DNA from: Chiloscyllium plagiosum
Lineage: Eukaryota
Direction: 5' to 3'
Assembly (NCBI RefSeq): GCF_004010195.1
Contig: NC_057718.1
Span: 101,948,197-102,007,800, forward strand
DNA: 59,604 nucleotides
Positions within the stretch are counted from its first letter, which is position 1; each line of letters begins with the position of its first letter. The notes under the pieces were generated by a model. That model had not been told where the DNA came from. It saw only the letters and a program-made list of their open reading frames with translations, and did not search any database. The translations under genes were made by a program, and so were the position numbers. This document shows, one piece after another, positions 52,896-59,604 of this stretch.

Positions 52896-53405
52896 GGTTC
52901 TGGATGTAGGTTTGCTCGCTGAGCTGGAAGGTTGATTTCCAGACGTTTTGTCACCATACTAGGTAACATCTTCAGTGGGCCTCCGGCCGAAGCACTGCTG
53001 ATAATTCCTGGTTTCTATTTATATGTTTGGGTTTCTTTGGGATGGTGATGTCATTTTCTGTGGTGATGTCATTTCCTGTTCTTTTTCTCAGGGGTTGGTA
53101 GATGGGGTTTAACTCGATGTGTTTGTTGATAGAATTCTGGTTGGAATGCCATGCTTCTCAGAATTCTCATGCATGTCTCTGTTTGTCTTGTCCTAGAATG
53201 GATGTGTTGTCCCAGTCGAAGTGGTGTCCTTCCTTGTCTGCATGTAAGGATACTAGTGAGAGGAATTATCAGCAGTACTTCACCCAGAGGCCCACTGAAG
53301 ATGTTACCTTGTAAGGTGGCGAAACGTCTGGAAATGAACCTTCCAGCTCAGCGAGCAAACCTACATCCAGAACCTCAACCTGAGTTACAAATCTTCTCAA
53401 AACTT
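52896..53405. mobile_element. Poseidon-like PLE terminal fragment arranged as an inverted repeat
   Basis: About 52896-53010 is the reverse complement of about 53262-53375; the interior matches 21700-21965. Confidence 0.8.
53292..53331 (+). ncRNA. Minimal hammerhead ribozyme motif, family B
   Basis: cca-CTGAAGA-T-GTTACC-TTGTAA-GGTGGC-GAAA-CG-TC-tgg; stems I and II pair. Confidence 0.75.
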
Positions 53406-54741
53406 GTTCAGGAAGGTTTGAGAAAATCAGCCTTATTTACATAATGAAGATTGATGTCTTGTTAATTCATTGTTGGACAGGCATATATGGGTGATAGAGG
53501 GGCTCTGTGGCTACTATTAAACAGTCATGGCTGTCCCTTGCTCCACGTCAAGGGGCTGAATGGCCTCTTCCCAATCCTAAGCGTGGAACAAATTGTTGTG
53601 AATCTTTTTCCATGTTTGTCCCCTCAGTTTATCATCAGGCCGCGATTTCAATCCAAGTTGGGTTAATCTTTTGGTTTCTGCTGTTGGTTAGGACATTTTT
53701 CCTTTCTGCTTCCTCCTGCCTCATTCAACAACAATGCACATAAATTTTGTAATCCAGTGTTCCCCAGCTAAACACCCTCCCCAACTCCCTCAGGGTATTC
53801 AGTATGATTCATTAAGCATTTATTACACAAAGCATTCTCTTCAGCTACAGCCTGGATGAGCTTTAATCTGACAAGACACCAGATGAGTCAGTTGTCACAA
53901 TGACATAGCCAGAGCCTGAAGATGTTTTCATTCCATGATCCAATTAACAGACATGTCACCGCCTGCTTCTAACAATCCCTGATACAACCTGCCTTTATTT
54001 TCCAGCACTTAGTCAAATTACAAAGTGAAATTCTAAAGGAAGGCATGTATGCTCATTCAACCTCGTTCCGTTCAGTGTCAAAATAAAGAAACTGAAACCA
54101 TCTCAAGGAATTTCTCATATATTTTTGGCAATTACTCCCACAAGCAAGGCTTTGGAATATATATTGGAGCATGGAGTTGAGAGTTGGGGAATAATTAATC
54201 CAAAGCGTTGACAATGGGTCATAGGGTGCAGTTGCAAGACAGTTAGAGTCATTCTTACACACTTAAGTTTTGAAATATCATGCATGTTAACTTGTTGAAA
54301 GTATGAGCTGGTAATAATGCAGTGAGTGAAACTAGACAGCTAGACTATTAAATGAACACCACAATGTATACTTTAACCAATTAAAGTGAAGGATTGCAAA
54401 ATGAATAGGGCAAGGTCTGAAAGGAAATGCAAATTAGAGCAACCTTGGATCCGATACAGAAAAAGATACAAAATGGGTGAAAAAACAATTGATTAAGAGA
54501 GGGAGAAAGAGGAAAATAATAAGAAAAAATGTAAGATTTTAATAGCAATTAGAAACTGAAGGGATGAACCTTTACATTTTCAATATTGCAGTATTGTATT
54601 GGGATGAAAATTAAATACATATTTGAATACCATTTTTAAAGTTTGGATTTGAAAATAGTGGCAATACTGTGAAGGGCTTCTTTCAATAAGAAATTAGGTC
54701 AAACAATCCTTCCAGACCAGTGACCTAATTTACTCTGTAAC

Positions 54742-54994
54742 ATGATGTGGAGGTGCCGGTGTTGGATTGGGGTGGACAACGTCAGAAGTCAGATGACACC
54801 GGATTATAGTCCACCAGGTTTATTTGAAATCACAAGCTTTTGGAGCGCTGCCCCTTCATCGGGTGAAGTGAGAGAGAATTCTGTGCCTGAGGGCTTCTCT
54901 CTCTTGCTTCACCTGAGGAAGGAGCAGCGCTCCGAAAGCTTGTGATTTCAAATAAACCTGTTGGGCTATAACCTGGTGTTGTGCGACGTCTGAC
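54742..54994. mobile_element. Non-coding palindromic hammerhead cassette, family C variant
   Basis: Inverted arms 54781-54994; related copies at about 5074-5540 (split by a SINE), 34286-34472 and 46840-46958. Confidence 0.8.
54910..54944 (+). ncRNA. Minimal hammerhead ribozyme motif, family C
   Basis: cac-CTGAGGA-A-GGAGC-AGC-GCTCC-GAAA-GC-TT-gtg. Confidence 0.72.
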
Positions 54995-55441
54995 AGAGAG
55001 CAGGTGACTATGAACTGATGGAACGCTAGTGGGAAACTATGCTGCTTTATGAAAGATAAACATTGAAAACCGTCAACTTGCTTTTCAGTTTAGATTAATT
55101 GAAAATTGATTTTGATTTAGAAAGCCTACACCATAAAAAATTCTTTTCAGAGGAGACCTGACTAGAGTCAGAAATGACTATAATTTCTCTACTAGAATGC
55201 TGCAGAGTGATTAAGTGAATAAATTAGCTCAGTCGATAAGTTTGATTGATGCAACTCCCAGACCAGGAGTGTTTGGTAGAAATCTGCCAGTTATTAGAAA
55301 CGGAAAAGGTCTAAGTTCTCAGTTTTGAGAGTAGTCACATAGGAAGAACCATAGTTCATAAGACAGAAACTGAGGGAAATCAATTAAGTTGAACTTAAAG
55401 TTTTGATGTACAGGTAACAAATACTATTGGGAAATGAGTTG

Positions 55442-55646
55442 GAGGTGCTGGTGTTGGACTGGGGTGTACAAAGTTAAAATTCACACAACACCAGGTTATA
55501 GTCCAACAGGTTTAATTGGAAGCACACTAGCTTTCGGAGCGTCGCTCCTTCATCAGGTCCTGTTAAAGGAGCAGCACTCCGAAAGCTAGTGTGCTTCCAA
55601 TTAAACCTGTTGGACTATAACCTGGTGTTGTGTGAATTTTAACTTT
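55442..55646. mobile_element. Non-coding palindromic hammerhead cassette, family C
   Basis: Near-perfect inverted arms 55470-55646; TSD tattgggaaat(g/a)agttg. Confidence 0.85.
55524..55559 (-). ncRNA. Minimal hammerhead ribozyme motif, family C
   Basis: Minus strand ac-CTGATGA-A-GGAGC-GAC-GCTCC-GAAA-GC-TA-gt. Confidence 0.75.
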
Positions 55647-57433
55647 ATTGGGAAATAAGTTGACACATTGTTTTGCAGTGCATTTTCGGACCTTTCAAAA
55701 TTGTTTTCTAAATCTAGTTTGCTCGGCTTTCTTTGCTGTGGGAATTGATCCACCTTATTCACCCTACCCAGGGCCCTCAATTTTTCACATGGTAATTAAA
55801 TCTTCCCTGAGCTTCTTCAGTTTCAAACAAAATAATCCCAACCTATCCAAGGTTTCCTGGACATTCAAATACTCCATTCATGGTTGGGAATTCTACAGTG
55901 AGTAACTCACATCCTGACTCCCCAAAACCTGTCCACCATCTACAAGGCACAAGTCAGGAGTGTGATGGAACACTCCTCACTTGCCCTGGATGGGTGCAGC
56001 TCCAACAACACTCAAGAAGCTCGACACCATCCAGAACAAAGCACCATGCTGGATCAGAACTCCATCCACAACCTCCAGCAATCACTCTCCCCCATGGCTG
56101 ACACTCAGTAGTGGCAGTGTGCACTACCTGCAGGATGTACTCACTAAGCCTCTGTCAACTTTCCAAACTGCAGAATCACAGAGTCATACAATACTTAAGA
56201 GGTCCTTTGCTCTATTGAGTTTGTACTTCCAAAACTTTATTACTACCTACACCAGCCTCACCTTCCCACATGATGTACACAGCCCTGAATGAAATGACAC
56301 TTCAAATGTCCCTCCATGTACTTCTGAAAGGTTGTCCACTTACCTCCAAAGCAGTGCATTCCAGTTCCCCGCCATTTTTCCTCAATTCCACTAACATCCT
56401 GCCTCTCACTTTAAAATTATTTCCCCCTTTCATTAAACCTTCGACTAAGGGGAATAGTTGCTTCCTCCCCCTCCGTACATGTCCCCCCCATTATCTTACA
56501 TACCTCTATCAGGTCCTTCCTTGGCCTTCTCTGCTCCAAAGGAAAAACCCAAGCTTCTCCAGCATCTCTCCCCTGATGAAATGCTCCCCTTGGTGAATCT
56601 CCCCTGCACCCCTCCAGTGCAAACACATCCTTCCGGTAGTCAGGAGACAAGACTTATTGGACACAGTACCCCAGCTGTGACCTAACCAAACTCCCGTACA
56701 GCTTCAACATAACCTCTCTGCTCCTATCTTCTATGTGTTTTTTTTCACGTATGGGATGTGGATGTTACTGGCTGGCCAGAATGATTTTTTTAGTTTATTA
56801 TTGCCTGTCCCTAGTTGCCCTTGAGACGGTGGTGGTGAGCTGTTTTCTTGAATTGCTGCAGTCCACCTGCTGTAGGTAGACCCACAATACTATTGAGAAG
56901 GAATTCCAGGATTTTGACTCAATGACAGTGAAGGGCCAGTGATATATTTCCGAGTTGGGATGGTGAGTGGCTTGGAGGGAAACTTGAAAGTGGTGGTGTT
57001 CCCATGCATCTGCTGCCCTTGTCCTTCTCAATGGAAGGTGCTGTCTGAGGACTTTTGGTGAATTTCTATGGTGTATCTTGTAGATAGTACACACTGCTGC
57101 TACTGAACGTCGGTGGCGGAGGGAGTGGATGCTTGTGGATGTAGTGCCAATCATGCGGGCTGCTTTGTCCTGGATAATGGCAAGCTTACTGAGTGTTATT
57201 GGAGCTGTACCCATCCAGTCAAGTGGGGAGTATTCCATCACACTCCTGACTTGTGCCTTGTAGATAGTGGACAGTCTTTGGGGAGTAAAGAGGTGTGATA
57301 CACACCACAGTATTCCTAGCTTCTGACCTGCCCTTGTAGCCACTGTGCTTATGTGGTGAGTCCAGTTAAGTTTCTGGTTAATGGCAACCCCAGGAAATTG
57401 ATAGCGGGGGATTCAGTGATGGTAACACCATTG

Positions 57434-57662
57434 GAGATAGTGAGGACTGCAGATGCTGGTAAGTCAGGGTTGATAAAATGTGGAACTGGGAAAAGATCAA
57501 CAGGTCAAGCAGCATCAGAGGAGCAGGAGACCCAATGTTTTGACCCAAGGATCCTGCCTGAAAGCAGTCCAGTATGAGGGTCCTGCCAGAAACATCGACT
57601 CTCCTGCTCTTCTGATGCTGCTTGATCTGCTGTGCTTTTTCCAGCTCCACACTTTATTGACA
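57434..57662. repeat. Palindromic PLE-derived cassette (diverged family A)
   Basis: Inverted arms about 57470-57660; flanked by atggtaacaccattg on both sides. Confidence 0.75.
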
Positions 57663-57734
57663 ATGGTAACACCATTGCTGAAAATGTGTTGCTGGAAAAA
57701 CGCAGCAGGTCAGGCGGCATCCAAGGAACAGGAG

Positions 57735-57770
57735 AATTGACGTTTCGGGCATGAGCCCTTCTTCAGGAAT
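57735..57770 (-). ncRNA. Minimal hammerhead ribozyme motif, family A
   Basis: Minus strand ATTCCTGAAGAAGGGCTCATGCCCGAAACGTCAATT. Confidence 0.68.
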
Positions 57771-57898
57771 GAGGAAAGTGTGTCCAGCAGGCTAAGATAA
57801 AAGGTAGGGAGGAGGGACTTGGGGGAGGGGCGTTGGAAATTTGTGGAACGTTTCAGAGAATACCTCTGGGACACCCGGACCAACCAACCCAACCACCC

Positions 57899-58582
57899 NN
57901 NNNNNNNNNNNNNNNNNNNNNNNNNNNNNNNNNNNNNNNNNNNNNNNNNNNNNNNNNNNNNNNNNNNNNNNNNNNNNNNNNNNNNNNNNNNNNNNNNNNN
58001 NNNNNNNNNNNNNNNNNNNNNNNNNNNNNNNNNNNNNNNNNNNNNNNNNNNNNNNNNNNNNNNNNNNNNNNNNNNNNNNNNNNNNNNNNNNNNNNNNNNN
58101 NNNNNNNNNNNNNNNNNNNNNNNNNNNNNNNNNNNNNNNNNNNNNNNNNNNNNNNNNNNNNNNNNNNNNNNNNNNNNNNNNNNNNNNNNNNNNNNNNNNN
58201 NNNNNNNNNNNNNNNNNNNNNNNNNNNNNNNNNNNNNNNNNNNNNNNNNNNNNNNNNNNNNNNNNNNNNNNNNNNNNNNNNNNNNNNNNNNNNNNNNNNN
58301 NNNNNNNNNNNNNNNNNNNNNNNNNNNNNNNNNNNNNNNNNNNNNNNNNNNNNNNNNNNNNNNNNNNNNNNNNNNNNNNNNNNNNNNNNNNNNNNNNNNN
58401 NNNNNNNNNNNNNNNNNNNNNNNNNNNNNNNNNNNNNNNNNNNNNNNNNNNNNNNNNNNNNNNNNNNNNNNNNNNNNNNNNNNNNNNNNNNNNNNNNNNN
58501 NNNNNNNNNNNNNNNNNNNNNNNNNNNNNNNNNNNNNNNNNNNNNNNNNNNNNNNNNNNNNNNNNNNNNNNNNNNNNNNNNN
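57899..58582. other. Assembly gap (N run)
   Basis: Run of N. Confidence 1.
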
Positions 58583-59227
58583 GGTGTGGACCTGACGAAG
58601 GAGTCATGGAGGGAGTGGGGAATTGGGAATATGGAATGGCGTTTTTACAGGGGGCAGGGTGGGAGGAGGTGTAGTCTAGGTAGCTGTGGGAGTCGGTCGG
58701 TTTATAGTAAATGTCCGTGTTGATTCGGTCGCCCGAGATAGAAATGGAAAGGTCTAGGAAGGGGAGGGAGGAGTCTGAGATGGTCCAGATGAATTTGAGG
58801 TCGGAGTGGAAGGTGTTGGTAAAGTGGATGAACTGTTCAATCTCCTCGTGGGAGCACAAGGCAGCGCCGAATACAGTCATCGATGTAGCGGAGGAAAAGG
58901 TGGGGGGTGGTGCCAGTGTAGCTGCGGAAGATGGTAACACCATTGACTATCAAGAGACTATTGTCTCTTATTGGAGATGGTTATTGCCTGGCATTTGTGT
59001 GGGGCAAAGATTACTTGCCACTTGTCAGCCAAAGCCTGGATATTGTCCAGATCTTGATGCATTTGAACATAGACTGCTTTAATATCTGAGAAGTTGAGAA
59101 TAGTGCTGTACATTGTGCATCATTCATCAGCAAACATCCCCACTCTGACGTTATGATGGTGGGAAGGTCGTTGATGGATCAGCTGAAGATGGTTAGGCCT
59201 AAGTCAGTATTCTGAGGAAGTCCTGCA

Positions 59228-59604
59228 GAACATAGAACATAGAACATAGAACATTACAGTGCAGTACAGGCCCTCGATGTTGCGCCGACCTATCATACCA
59301 ATCTGAAGCCCATCTAACCTACACTATTCCATGTATGTCCATATGCTTGTCCAATGATGACTTAAATGTTCTTAAAGTTGGCAAATCTATGACCGTTGCA
59401 GGCAATGCATTCCACACCCTTACTACTCTCTGAGTAAAGAAACTACCACTGATGTCTGTCCTATATCTATATCTATATCTATCACCCCTCAATTTAAAGC
59501 TATACCTCCTCATGCTCGCCGTCATCATACTCTCCCTGTCCACCCTATCTAACCCTCTGATTATCTTATATGTCTCTATTAAGTTACCTCTCAACCTTCT
59601 TCTC
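59228..59604 (-). mobile_element. CR1-type LINE 3' fragment
   Basis: RGNLIETYKIIRGLDRVD...FFTQRVVRVWNALP; (catagaa)n tail on the plus strand. Confidence 0.85.

Larger units (their letters stand above)
57678..58930 (-). mobile_element. Penelope-like element (Neptune-like), partial, spanning an N gap
   Basis: Minus strand gives LRYIDD...LPFLDL...IYYKPTDSHSYLDYTSSHP..CKNAIPYSQF; hammerhead-bearing 3' repeat at 57678-57840; inverted endonuclease fragment ERFREYLWD on the plus strand; 15-bp TSD. Confidence 0.85.
56740..59227 (-). mobile_element. L2/Crack-like non-LTR retrotransposon 3' part, interrupted by PLE insertions
   Basis: ORF 56798..57343 IYKAQVRSVMEYSPLDW...IQDKAARMI. Related tails at about 13220-14320, 18980-19680, 27775-27930, 44130-44300 and 55890-56150. 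Clade assignment is tentative. Confidence 0.7.

Noticed and set aside
57792..58943. 258-383 aa ORFs as intact genes
   Set aside because: Mostly N; only short frameshifted PLE RT and endonuclease fragments are real.
46567..59604. Next upstream PCSK2 exon (GIDYLHPDL-like)
   Set aside because: Not found by eye. It probably lies beyond the window, although a very short exon could have been missed.
1..59604. CRISPR array or prokaryotic system
   Set aside because: No regularly spaced repeats or operons; the sequence is spliced vertebrate DNA.

Overview
Eukaryotic, repeat-rich vertebrate DNA, very probably from a cartilaginous fish (inferred from about 12 copies of an HE1-like V-SINE and Deu-domain SINEs). 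One host gene is present: the 3' part of PCSK2 (prohormone convertase 2) on the minus strand. Seven coding exons (77, 89, 176, 216, 101, 228 and 487 bp, all GT-AG) splice in frame to 457 aa plus a stop at 10590, followed by a probable 3'UTR and poly(A) signal near 10063. The upstream exons were not found in the window. Most of the rest is decayed retroelements: CR1 LINEs, an L2/Crack-like LINE, SINEs, solo LTRs and Penelope-like elements (PLEs). There are two N gaps. The most striking signal is more than 20 intact or decayed minimal hammerhead-ribozyme motifs (CUGANGA-stem II-GAAA-NN-UH) in at least three families. Two families are linked to RT/GIY-YIG PLE remnants and one has no coding partner here. 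Many sit in short, non-coding palindromic cassettes with target-site duplications (TSDs) and one ribozyme motif on each strand. Ribozyme activity is inferred, not shown, and repeat boundaries are approximate.
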